The notes beneath the pieces are model-generated. The model made no database searches, was not told the origin of the DNA, and saw only the letters and a list, made by a program, of their open reading frames with translations. From an uncultured Bordetella sp. (GTDB taxonomy: Bacteria > Pseudomonadota > Gammaproteobacteria > Burkholderiales > SG8-41): 64,000 bases of DNA. The stretch lies in NCBI GenBank assembly GCA_964533495.1, contig CAZHJU010000003.1, forward strand, positions 18,995 to 82,994. Reading direction: 5' to 3'. Position numbers and translations under genes: made by a program. Below are positions 27,534-40,000 of this stretch, in pieces. Every line of letters begins with the position of its first letter. The stretch's first letter is position 1.

Positions 27534-29828
27534 TCAGTCCTGCAGCGGATTGCCCGCGTTCGCGCGCAGTCCGCGGTAAACGTCTTCGGCGGTCAGTGGC
27601 AGGCTGGTCAGGCGCACGCCCACCGCGTCGTCGATCGCGCCGGCAATCGCCGGCGACACGCCGAAGGTGCCGCTCTCGCCGACGCCCTTGGCGCCGAAAG
27701 GGCCGGATTTCTGGACCATGTCAACGGCCTCGTTCTCCATCACCGCCGGCACGTCGCGGATGCCCGGGATCCTGTAATCGGCGAGCGAGGCGTTGGTCAC
27801 CTGCCCCGCGTCGAAATCCATGCGTTCGGTCAGCGTGAAGCCGAGCTGCATCATCGTCGCACCCGAAATCTGGGTCTCGACGATCGCCGGGTTCACCGGC
27901 CGGCCGACGTCGACCAGATTGACCAGCCGCGTGACCCTGAACTCGCCGGTCTCGGTGTCGACCTCGACCTCGGCGCCGGTGGCGCCGATCATCCAGAACG
28001 GCGTCGCGTCCGGCGTCTGGCCGGTGCCCGGCTCCGGCGGCGTATACGGCGGAATGAAGCTGCCGATGCCGACGATGTTGCCGGCCTGCATGCCGTATTT
28101 CTTCCGGAAGATGTCGGGAATCGGCGTCGTCTCCGCCGACAGGCCGACATCCCGCGCCAGCGCGATCAGCTTGTCGCGGGCATCCTCGGCGGCGAGCTTC
28201 ACCGCATGGCCCATGTGGTAGGTCGAGCGCGAGCCCAGCGTCGCCATGTCGTAGGGCGTGACGTCGGTGTCGGGATGCACCAGCGTCACCGAACCGACCG
28301 GAATGCCCAGCGCCTCGGCGACGATCTGCGCCATCGCGGTGTCCGAGCCCTGTCCCATGTCCACGGTGCCGCACTGGACCATGCAGCTGCCGTCGGCGCT
28401 GACGTTGACGATCGCCACCGAGGTCGTCGGCGAGATGCTCGCCTTGAAGCCGATCGCGATGCCGCGGCCGCGGCGGATCGTGCCGCCACCCCTGTCGAAG
28501 GGTTGTTCCCAGGCCATGCGCTGCGCCAGGCGCTCCAGCACCTGCTCGATGCCGGCATCGCGCATCACGGTGCCGGTGGCCTGCGGCCGGCCTTCGCGCA
28601 GGATGTTCTTCCTGCGGATCGCCAACGGGTCGATGTTCAGCGCCTTCGCAATCATGTCGGTGTGGCTCTCATAGGCCCACACCAGCTGCGGAATGCCGAA
28701 GCCGCGCAGCGCGCCAGCCGCCGGCAGGTTGGTGTAGAGCGCATAGGAATCGATGCTGACGTGGTCGATGTCGTACGGCCCCGGCGCGGTGAAACCGGAT
28801 TTCTGCGTCACGCGCGGGCCGATGTCGGCGTAGGCGCCGCCGTTCCACCACACCTCGCATTCGCGGGCCAGGATTTTGCCGTCCTTCGACACGCCGCTCT
28901 TGATGCGCAGCGTCGCCGCGTGCTTGGTGATCTGGTAGAACTGCTCCTCCATCGTCAGCGCGATCTTGACCGGCCGGCCGGCGAGCAGCGCCGCGACGGC
29001 GACCAGCGCCTCGAGCTTGATGTAGAGCTTGGCGCCGAAGCCGCCACCGAGGTAAGGCACCTTGACCCGCACCCTGCTCTCGGGCCAGCCAAGCAGGCGC
29101 GCGATCTCGATGCGCACGAAGGACGGGCTCTGCGAGGCGGTGTGGATCACCAGCTGGTTCGGCGCCGGGTCGGCGACGGTAACGAAGGGCTCCAGCGGCA
29201 CGTGCAGCACCTGCTGGGTGCGGAAGCTGTGCTCGAACACGTGGTCGGCCGCGGCAAAGGCCTTCTGCGCATCGCCGCGGCGCAGGTGAAAATCGAGCGC
29301 GATGTTGGTGCCGCGTTTGCCCTGCAGGTGCTTCAAGTCGGGAAAGGTGCCGGCGGGCTTCAGCACCTCGTGCACCACCGCCTTCGAGGTCATCGCCTCG
29401 ATCTCGTCGAACACCGCCGGCAGTTCCTCGTAGTCGGCCGAGATCATCTGCGCCGCCGCCTCGGCGACGTGCGGGTCGGCGGCCAGCACCAGCGCCACCG
29501 GCTCGCCGACATGGCGCACCTTGTCCACCGCCAGCACCGGCTGGTCGTGGAAGGCCGGACCGTAATGCGGATCCGGCACCAGCTTCATGATGTCGGCGGC
29601 GGTGTAGACCGCGTGCACGCCGGGCAGCGCGCGCGCGGCGGACACGTCGATGCCCCTGATGCGCGCATGGGCGATCGTGCTGCGGAACACCTTGCCGTGA
29701 AGCATGCCCGGCAGGCGCAGGTTGTGCACGTACTCGGCCTTGCCGGTGACCTTGGCGCGCGCCTCGACGCGCGGAATCGAGCGCCCGAAGGACTCGCCGC
29801 TGTTGCTTTTGCCCAAAGTGGTGGCCAT
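27534..29828 (-). CDS. molybdopterin-binding large subunit of a xanthine dehydrogenase/CoxL-family hydroxylase
   Basis: 764 aa. YLGGGFGAKL motif and aldehyde oxidase/XDH a/b-hammerhead layout. I did not see the CODH-specific VAYRCSFR loop. Confidence 0.9.
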   Translation of the reverse strand: MATTLGKSNSGESFGRSIPRVEARAKVTGKAEYVHNLRLPGMLHGKVFRSTIAHARIRGIDVSAARALPGVHAVYTAADIMKLVPDPHYGPAFHDQPVLAVDKVRHVGEPVALVLAADPHVAEAAAQMISADYEELPAVFDEIEAMTSKAVVHEVLKPAGTFPDLKHLQGKRGTNIALDFHLRRGDAQKAFAAADHVFEHSFRTQQVLHVPLEPFVTVADPAPNQLVIHTASQSPSFVRIEIARLLGWPESRVRVKVPYLGGGFGAKLYIKLEALVAVAALLAGRPVKIALTMEEQFYQITKHAATLRIKSGVSKDGKILARECEVWWNGGAYADIGPRVTQKSGFTAPGPYDIDHVSIDSYALYTNLPAAGALRGFGIPQLVWAYESHTDMIAKALNIDPLAIRRKNILREGRPQATGTVMRDAGIEQVLERLAQRMAWEQPFDRGGGTIRRGRGIAIGFKASISPTTSVAIVNVSADGSCMVQCGTVDMGQGSDTAMAQIVAEALGIPVGSVTLVHPDTDVTPYDMATLGSRSTYHMGHAVKLAAEDARDKLIALARDVGLSAETTPIPDIFRKKYGMQAGNIVGIGSFIPPYTPPEPGTGQTPDATPFWMIGATGAEVEVDTETGEFRVTRLVNLVDVGRPVNPAIVETQISGATMMQLGFTLTERMDFDAGQVTNASLADYRIPGIRDVPAVMENEAVDMVQKSGPFGAKGVGESGTFGVSPAIAGAIDDAVGVRLTSLPLTAEDVYRGLRANAGNPLQD

Positions 29829-29845
29829 TGATGCTCCGTGACGGG

Positions 29846-30703
29846 TCAGGCGGCCAGCGCCTTGCGCAACGCGCGGCCGGCGTGGACGCGCAGCAGTTCG
29901 GTCTTGTAGGCGGCGGAACCGCGGGCGTCGCCGACCAGTTCGGCTTCCGCCGCCGCAGCCTCGCCCACCCGCGCCGGCAGCGCATCATCAACCGTCGCAC
30001 CTTCGAGCACCGTCTCGACGGCAGCCAGGCGCAACGGCCTTTCGGTGGCGGCGCTCACCACGAAACGCGCATCGCGCAGGACGCCGCCGTCGGTCACGAA
30101 CGACACCGCGATGCCCAGCGTCGGCCAGTCGTCGGCGCCGCGCGTGGTCAGCTTGACGTAGGCCGAGCGGCGGCCCGCCTGCGCCGGCACCACCACTTCG
30201 CTGATCAGTTCGTTGCGCGCCAGCGCGGTTTCGTAATAACCGGTGTAGAGGTCGGCCACGGCCAGCGTGCGTGAACCCGCGCTCGCGAAAGTCACCACCT
30301 GCGCATCCAGCGCCATCAGCACCGGCGGCAGATCCATGTGCGGATCGCCGTGGGCGAGATGGCCGCCGAGGGTGGCCACGTTGCGCACGCGCACGTTGGA
30401 CAGCGTCCGCAGCGTGTCGACGATCACCGGCGCGCGCTTTTTCACGGCCGCCGCGCGGCCCAGCATGCCGAGCGTCGCGAGGGCGCCGATGCGCAGGCTG
30501 CCGTCCGCGACGGAGGTCACCCTGGAGCAGCGCGGCTCGACGCGGCGCAGGCTGATCAGCCGCGTCGGCTGGAACACGCCGGTCTTCATCATCAGCATCA
30601 GCGCCGTGCAGCCGCCGAAGACGCGCACCGACTCGTCGCCGGCATCGAGCAGTTTTGCCGCCGACTTGAGGCTGCGCGGTTCCGCGAGCTCGAACGGGAT
30701 CAT
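29846..30703 (-). CDS. FAD-binding medium subunit (CoxM/XdhB-family) of the molybdenum hydroxylase
   Basis: 285 aa. FGGCTALMLMMK FAD-binding region. Position and size typical of CoxM-like subunits. Confidence 0.85.
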   Translation of the reverse strand: MIPFELAEPRSLKSAAKLLDAGDESVRVFGGCTALMLMMKTGVFQPTRLISLRRVEPRCSRVTSVADGSLRIGALATLGMLGRAAAVKKRAPVIVDTLRTLSNVRVRNVATLGGHLAHGDPHMDLPPVLMALDAQVVTFASAGSRTLAVADLYTGYYETALARNELISEVVVPAQAGRRSAYVKLTTRGADDWPTLGIAVSFVTDGGVLRDARFVVSAATERPLRLAAVETVLEGATVDDALPARVGEAAAAEAELVGDARGSAAYKTELLRVHAGRALRKALAA

Positions 30704-31164
30704 GCCGCCCCCGGCGCCGATGCGGGCGCGAAGGCCGCGCCGAGGTTTTTCGCGAACTGCTTTTCCATGTCCTTCGCCTTCGCCTTGAGCACCGGCTGGC
30801 CGATGCTGCCCAGCTTGCCGGTCAGCGCGGCGTCGATTTCATAGTGGATCGTGGTGCGGTCGCCGGACTCGCTCAGCCGCGTCGACGATGTCGCGGTCAG
30901 CCGCCCGACCAGCCCCATCGGGGCGCCTTCGATTTTTGCGGCGATCAGCTCCGGCGGCACGACCCGGATCAGTTCGACGTTCACCTTGAACTTGAAGGTC
31001 ATGTACGCGACCCTGGTTTCGAGCACGGCGTCAAAACGTTTTTCGTCGAGCGGCGCGAGGTCGCGCACGCCGTCGATGCAGGATGCAAAAAAACGGATGT
31101 CCTGCAGTTTCGCGAACACCTCGTCGCGCGGCGCAGCAACCGCGATCTCCCCGCTGAATTTCAT
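30700..31164 (-). CDS. CoxG-like SRPBCC-fold protein
   Basis: ATG 31164 (MKFSGEIAVAAPRDEVFAKL...) within ORF 30700..31437, 154 aa. Overlaps the FAD subunit start by 4 nt. Confidence 0.75.
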   Translation of the reverse strand: MKFSGEIAVAAPRDEVFAKLQDIRFFASCIDGVRDLAPLDEKRFDAVLETRVAYMTFKFKVNVELIRVVPPELIAAKIEGAPMGLVGRLTATSSTRLSESGDRTTIHYEIDAALTGKLGSIGQPVLKAKAKDMEKQFAKNLGAAFAPASAPGAA

Positions 31165-31250
31165 TTTTTTGACACCACGGCAAAAACAGTCCGGTTTACT
31201 GTAATGGCAGCCTCCGCGAAAATCAATGCGCCTGCCGCTGCCGCCGCATG

Positions 31251-31283
31251 AAAAATCCCCCGGCGTCTCACGACGCCGGGGGA
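31251..31283 (-). terminator. rho-independent terminator of rhlE
   Basis: Perfect 12-bp stem TCCCCCGGCGTC/GACGCCGGGGGA with a 4-nt loop. Followed on the minus strand by T5 (plus-strand A5 at 31251..31255). Confidence 0.9.
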
Positions 31284-31309
31284 TTCCGGGACTTGCACCT
31301 GCGGTCTGG

Positions 31310-32596
<1,287 letters not shown>

Positions 32597-33007
32597 GTGT
32601 ATTGCTTTCAAAAAAACACGACAACCGGACGCCGAGCGAGACGCAGGGCGGGCGAAACACTCCGCCGCCGTGCAGCAGGCGGTCGTTCGGTAAAAAAAGC
32701 GCTGGAAATGCCACTAGCTCTGAGGCAGAGCCGCGATTCGGATCGCGGCTGCGGCCACCGGCGCACGGGTATCGTCGCTAACCGTGGCGGAAGCAGCTAT
32801 TCGGAGAAGGAAGCTGAAAACGAAGGGGTCAGGGACAGATGCATCCTGCAGCGGAAACAGGATTCCGGCCGCTGCAAGGTGCGCGCACTATACCCGCAAG
32901 TATCGGAAATAGCGAGGATTTCTCCCGCGGCGCAGCACGCGGCCGCCCGCAGGCGCCCGCCGGGTCAGGAAATTGCCGGATATTCAAGGAAATAGCGTCG
33001 CCCCCCG

Positions 33008-33016
33008 TGCTACAAT
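33008..33016 (+). promoter_or_regulatory. candidate extended -10 promoter element for typA
   Basis: TGCTACAAT (TGn + TACAAT) about 30 nt upstream of the GTG start. Sequence match only. Confidence 0.35.
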
Positions 33017-33045
33017 TCGCCCCCTTTTTTGCAAGGCTCCACACC

Positions 33046-34887
<1,842 letters not shown>

Positions 34888-34894
34888 CGGCGCC

Positions 34895-35296
34895 ATGGAC
34901 GACGGTGCCCGCGAGCCGGACACGCCCTACGCCCTGCTGGGCGGCGACGCCGGCGTGCGGAAGCTGGTCGACCATTTCTACGCGCTGATGGGCGAGGTGC
35001 CGGAATACCACGTCATCCGCAAGCTGCACCCGCAGGATCTCTCCGTTTCCGCCGAAAAACTCTACCGGTTCCTGTCCGGCTGGCTCGGCGGCCCGCCGCT
35101 CTACATGGAAAAATACGGGCATCCGATGCTGCGCGCCCGTCATCTGCCTTTTCCGATCGGCATCGCCGAACGCGACGCCTGGCTGGCGTGCATGCTCCAG
35201 GCCATGGAAGACACCGGCGTGGATGAACCGCTGCGCACCGGATTGCTGAAGGCGTTTTTCGGCACCGCCGACTGGATGCGCAACCGCGCCGGATAA
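34895..35296 (+). CDS. group II truncated hemoglobin (GlbO-type)
   Basis: 133 aa. FYALM...HPMLRARHLPFPIG...RDAWLACM pattern of 2/2 (group II) hemoglobins. Starts 7 nt after typA. Confidence 0.8.
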   Translation: MDDGAREPDTPYALLGGDAGVRKLVDHFYALMGEVPEYHVIRKLHPQDLSVSAEKLYRFLSGWLGGPPLYMEKYGHPMLRARHLPFPIGIAERDAWLACMLQAMEDTGVDEPLRTGLLKAFFGTADWMRNRAG

Positions 35297-35304
35297 GAGC
35301 TGCC

Positions 35305-37056
35305 GTGATCCGCCGCACCGCACCGATGGCACTGCTGCTGGCGGCGCTGGCTTGCTGTCCCGCGCCGGCTTCCGCCGGCGAACCCGGCTGGCAGGTCGAA
35401 CTCGACGCGCCGGAAGACCTCCGTCCGCTGCTCGAGGAGCACCTCGACGTGTTCCGTTACCGCAACCGCGACGACCTCGACGACGAGATCGTCGAGCGGC
35501 TGGCGGCGCGCGCCGCCGAAAACGCGCGCGCCCTGCTTGCCACCGCGGGCCATTTCTCGCCCGGGATCCGCATCGACCGCCACCGCGAAGGCGCGCTGAC
35601 CCGGCTGCGCATCACAGTGCAGCCCGGCCCCCGGACAACGGTTGCATCCGCCGACGTGCGCGTCGGCGGCGCGATCGATCAGGAAAACGCCGACGCCGGG
35701 CGGCCCGCCCGGCTGAGCAGGCGCTGGCGCCTGCGCCCGGGCGAGGCGTTCAGCCAGGCCGCCTGGGACGACGCCAAGAACGCGCTGCTGCGCAGCCTGC
35801 AGCTCGACGGCTACCCGGCCGCGCGCATCGCCGCAAGCCGCGCCGAAGTCGATGCCGAGGCCGCGCGCGTGGACATCGCGGTAACCGTCGACAGCGGCCC
35901 GCTGTTCCGCTACGGGGAAGTGCACGTCGAAGGCCTGGACCGCTATCCGCGCACGCTGGTCGACAACCTGCGCCGCTTCCACGCCGGCCAGCGCTACCGT
36001 TACGAAGACCTTCTGCGCTACCAGTCCGCGCTGCAGAGCAGCGGCTTCTTCAGCGGCGCCTCGGTCAGCATCGACAACGATCCCGCGCAGGCCGCCGCGG
36101 CGACCGTGCGCGTGCTGCTGACGGAATATCCGGCAATGAAGATCGACCTCGGCGCCGGCGTCAGCACCGACAACGGCCCGCGGGGCGAGGCGACCTTCAC
36201 CCGCCACAATACGTTCCAGCCCGGCTGGCAGAGCACCACGCGGCTGCGTGTCGATCGCAAGGAGCAGACCTTCAACAGCGACCTGGCCCTGCTGCCCGAG
36301 CCCGGCGGCTGGCGCAACCGCTTCGGCGTCGAAGCCTCGCACAACGACATCGAGGATCTGGCAACACGCCGTTTCGGCCTGATCGCCCAGCGCTCCTGGC
36401 GCTCGCCCGAGCGCGAACTGGACTGGGCGCTGAAGCTCCAGACCGAAGAGCAGTCCCTGACGGCCGGTCCCGTGGACAACCTCGAAGCGCTGACGCTGAA
36501 CTATTCGTGGACGCTGCGCCGCGTCGACGACCTGCTGCGGCCGCGGCGCGGCTACATGCTCAACCTGCAGCTGGGCGGCGCATCCGCCGCGCTGCTGTCG
36601 ACCCGCTCCTTCTCCAGGGCCTACGGCCGGGGGCTCTACATCCTGCCGCTGGGCCGCCGCGACCGCCTGCATCTGCGCGGAGAGGCCGGAGCAGTGTGGG
36701 CGGACGAGCGCAAAGGCATCCCCAGCGAGTTCCTGTTCCGCGCCGGCGGCGACCAGTCGGTCCGCGGCTACGATTACCAGTCGCTCGGCGTGCGCCAGGG
36801 CAGCTCGGTCGTCGGCGGACGCGTGCTCGGCGTGGCCACGCTCGAATACCAGCGCGACCTGACCCGCGAATGGGGCGCCGCGGTGTTCGTCGACGCCGGC
36901 AACGCCGCCGACAGTCCTTCGGAACTGCGCCCGGTCCTTGGCTACGGTTTCGGCGTGCGCTGGATCACGCCCGCCGGCGCGCTGAACCTGGATCTCGCGC
37001 GCGGCAGGGAAACCGGGCAGTTGCGCCTGCATTTCACGCTGGGGGTCCGGTTCTGA
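35305..37056 (+). CDS. tamA: autotransporter/translocation assembly module outer-membrane protein TamA (Omp85 family)
   Basis: 583 aa, GTG 35305 (alt ATG 35326). Signal peptide, POTRA-like N-terminal repeats, C-terminal beta-barrel ending ...LRLHFTLGVRF. Confidence 0.85.
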   Translation: MIRRTAPMALLLAALACCPAPASAGEPGWQVELDAPEDLRPLLEEHLDVFRYRNRDDLDDEIVERLAARAAENARALLATAGHFSPGIRIDRHREGALTRLRITVQPGPRTTVASADVRVGGAIDQENADAGRPARLSRRWRLRPGEAFSQAAWDDAKNALLRSLQLDGYPAARIAASRAEVDAEAARVDIAVTVDSGPLFRYGEVHVEGLDRYPRTLVDNLRRFHAGQRYRYEDLLRYQSALQSSGFFSGASVSIDNDPAQAAAATVRVLLTEYPAMKIDLGAGVSTDNGPRGEATFTRHNTFQPGWQSTTRLRVDRKEQTFNSDLALLPEPGGWRNRFGVEASHNDIEDLATRRFGLIAQRSWRSPERELDWALKLQTEEQSLTAGPVDNLEALTLNYSWTLRRVDDLLRPRRGYMLNLQLGGASAALLSTRSFSRAYGRGLYILPLGRRDRLHLRGEAGAVWADERKGIPSEFLFRAGGDQSVRGYDYQSLGVRQGSSVVGGRVLGVATLEYQRDLTREWGAAVFVDAGNAADSPSELRPVLGYGFGVRWITPAGALNLDLARGRETGQLRLHFTLGVRF

Positions 37057-37058
37057 CC

Positions 37059-40000
37059 ATGGCCCGATACAACAGGCGAAAAACCGTTCTGCGGGTCCTG
37101 TCGGTCGCCGCGCTGTCGTGCGCGCTGGCGGTCGCGGCGACGCTCGGCTGGCTGGCCACTCCGCAGGCGCGGGACTGGGTGGCAGCCCGGATCGTCGCTA
37201 TGGATCCGGCGCGCATCGCCCTGGAAAATGTCGAAGGCTCGCTGTTGGGCGAACTGCGCATCGGCCGCCTGCATGTCGACGGCGGCGACTTCACGCTCGA
37301 AGGTGAAGCCATCGTCCTCGACTGGCGCCCCGCGCGCCTGCTGTCCGGCACAATCAGCCTGCGGCGGGTCCACGCGGCTTCGCTGGCCTACTCCAGCCGC
37401 AGCAAGACGACGGCGACGCTGCCGCAATCCCTGGCGCTGCCGTTCGCGCTGGACATCGCCGCGCTGGACATCGGGCGCCTGCAGCTGCCGGGCCTGCCCG
37501 AAATCCGCGAGCTGCGACTGGTCTATTCCGGCAACGGCGCAAGCCACCGCCTGGGCCTGCCCGGCATCCGCGTGGCGGACTGCACGCTCGACGGCGACGC
37601 GACCGTCGGCGCGCAGCGCCCCTTCGCCATCGAAGGCAGACTCCAGGGCGCCTGCGGCGACCTGCTCGATGCCCGCGCGCAGCTCACGGGATCGCTCGAA
37701 ACGCTGCGTGTGGCGCTCGACGCCGACGGGCGCGGCGCAAAAGCACAGGGCCGCGCGCTGCTGTCGCCGTTCTCGCCGCAACCCCTGCGCGAGCTCGACC
37801 TCTCGGCGCAGGACATCGACCCGCGGCTCTGGCGCGCCGGCCTGCCGCACGCGCGCGTCGCGTTGCGCGCGACGGCCGCGCCCAAAGACGGCCATGTCGC
37901 CGGCACGCTCGACCTCGAAAATGCCGCGGCCGGCAGCATCGACGGCGGACGCGTGCCCGTCACCGGCGCGAAGCTGCGCTGGTCGCTGACTCCGGGACGT
38001 TATGCCGCCGAAAACCTCTCCATCGCGCTGAGCGGCGGCGGCCTCGCCGACGGCAGCGGTCACTGGCTGCCGGGCGCGGAAATGGGCGCCGCCGAACTGC
38101 GGCTCAGGAACATCGCGGCCGCGCAAATCGACCGCCGGCTGCAGGCCCTGCGCCTGGACGGGCATGCGCGCGTCCGCGGCGACCTGCGGCAGCAGCGGCT
38201 TGACACGCGGCTGAACGCCGCGGGCGCGCAGCTCACCGCCGGCCTCCTGCATGCCGGCGGCCGCATCACGCTGGAAGAAAGCCTGCTGCGGGCCCGCCAG
38301 GGCGAAGCCCGGCTCTCGGGCCATGTCGCGTTGGAAGGCCCGCGGGGATACGCGCTGCGCGCGCAGTTGCGCCGCTTCGATCCCTCCGCCATCGCCGCGG
38401 CGCCCCCGGCGCAACTCAGCGGCCTCGTCACCGCCGAAGGCCGGCTCGCGCCGTCGTGGCAGGCGCGCATCGTCGCGGACCTCGCCGACAGCCGTTTCCG
38501 CGGCCGCCCCTTCGCCGCCGCCGCGGATTTCACCGGCAGCGCGGCGCGCTGGTTCGACGGCCGCGCCCGCGTCGTCGCCGGCCGCAACCGCCTCGAACTG
38601 GAAGGCCGCTACGGACAGGCCGCGGACATTCTCAGCGCCACCGTCGCCGCGGACGACCTGCGCGAACTCGATCCCGGCTGGAGCGGGCGGCTGCACAGCA
38701 GCGGCACCCTGGGCACCGCGAAGGAAGGCCCGCTGATCGGCATCGAGCTCGACGCCGCCGATCTGGCCCTGCCCGCGCTGCGCCTCGCGCGCGCCGGCCT
38801 TCGCGGCAGCCTCGCGCCCGGCGCGGACGGCAGCCTCCGCATGAACCTCGACGCCCGGAACCTGCAATGGTCCGGACAGACCGTGGAGCGGCTGCAGCTT
38901 TCCGCGGACGGAACGCGCGCGCGTCACCGGATCGAGGGCCGCGCAGATGGCAAAGCCCTGTCGCTGGCGCTGGCCGCGAGCGGCGGACTGGATGCGTCCC
39001 CGGTCTGGCGCGGCACGCTGGACCGGCTCGAAAACGGCGCCCCGTGGACGCTGCGATTGACCGCGCCGGCCGCGATCGCCGCAGGCCCCGCGCAGTTCTC
39101 CGTCGACGGCCTGCGCGCCGCCGTCCTCGGCGGCAGCATCGGGCCGCTCTCGCTGCAATGGACGCCGGAGACCCTGCGCAGCGAGGGAACGTTCCGCAAT
39201 GTCGCGGTCGCCCCCCTGCTGCCCCGCGACGCGGGCCTCGAAGCCCCGGCGCTGCGCGCGGGCGGCGAATGGCATCTCGAACTGGCGGAAACGCTGGACG
39301 GACGCCTGACGTTGCGGCGGGAGGCCGGCGACCTCGCGATCTCCGGCGACAGCCCCGTCGCGCTCGCGCTGCGCGCAGCCTCGCTGGACATCCGCGCGAA
39401 AGCCGGAGAAATCGACGCCGCCGCCGAAATCGACAGCGCGGCCATGGGCAACGCAAGACTGCAGGCCCGGAGCCGCGTCCTGCGCCGCGAAGGCCGCTGG
39501 ATGATGCCGGGCGATGCCCCGCTGTCCGGCAATCTGGCGCTCGCCCTGCACTCGCTGGCCTGGGCCCGCGTGCTGGCCCCCGAATTCGACCGCATCGACG
39601 GCTCGCTGACGGCGCAGGTCGAGGCCGGCGGCACCGTCGCCGCGCCGCGCCTCACCGGCAGCATCGACAGCAAACAGATCGCGCTGCGCGCCGTGGGCCC
39701 CGGCATCGACCTGCGCGACGGGCGCCTGCGCGCGACCCTCGACGGCAGCCGCCTGCGGCTCGAGGAATTCGAGATCCGCGCGGGCAAGGGCCGCATCACC
39801 GCGGCCGGGGATGCCGATCTCGACGGTGGCCTGCAGCGGCTGGAGCTGCAGGCGCGCGCCGAACGCGCGCAGATACTGCTCACGCCGCAGTGGAATGCCA
39901 CGGTCAGCGGCGGCGGCAATCTCGGCCTGCGCGACCGCCGCATCGCCATCGACGGCCGCTTCGTGCTCGATGAAGGGCGCTACGATCTGGGCAACCAGAT

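Noticed and set aside
27051-31164. Annotation of the CoxS/M/L/G-like genes as aerobic carbon monoxide dehydrogenase.
   Set aside because: The large subunit shows the generic GGGFG Mo-hydroxylase motif, but I could not find the CODH active-site loop (VAYRCSFR-type). There are no coxDEF accessory genes, and the operon continues into a UbiD decarboxylase and a carboxylate SBP. An organic-acid hydroxylase is more likely.
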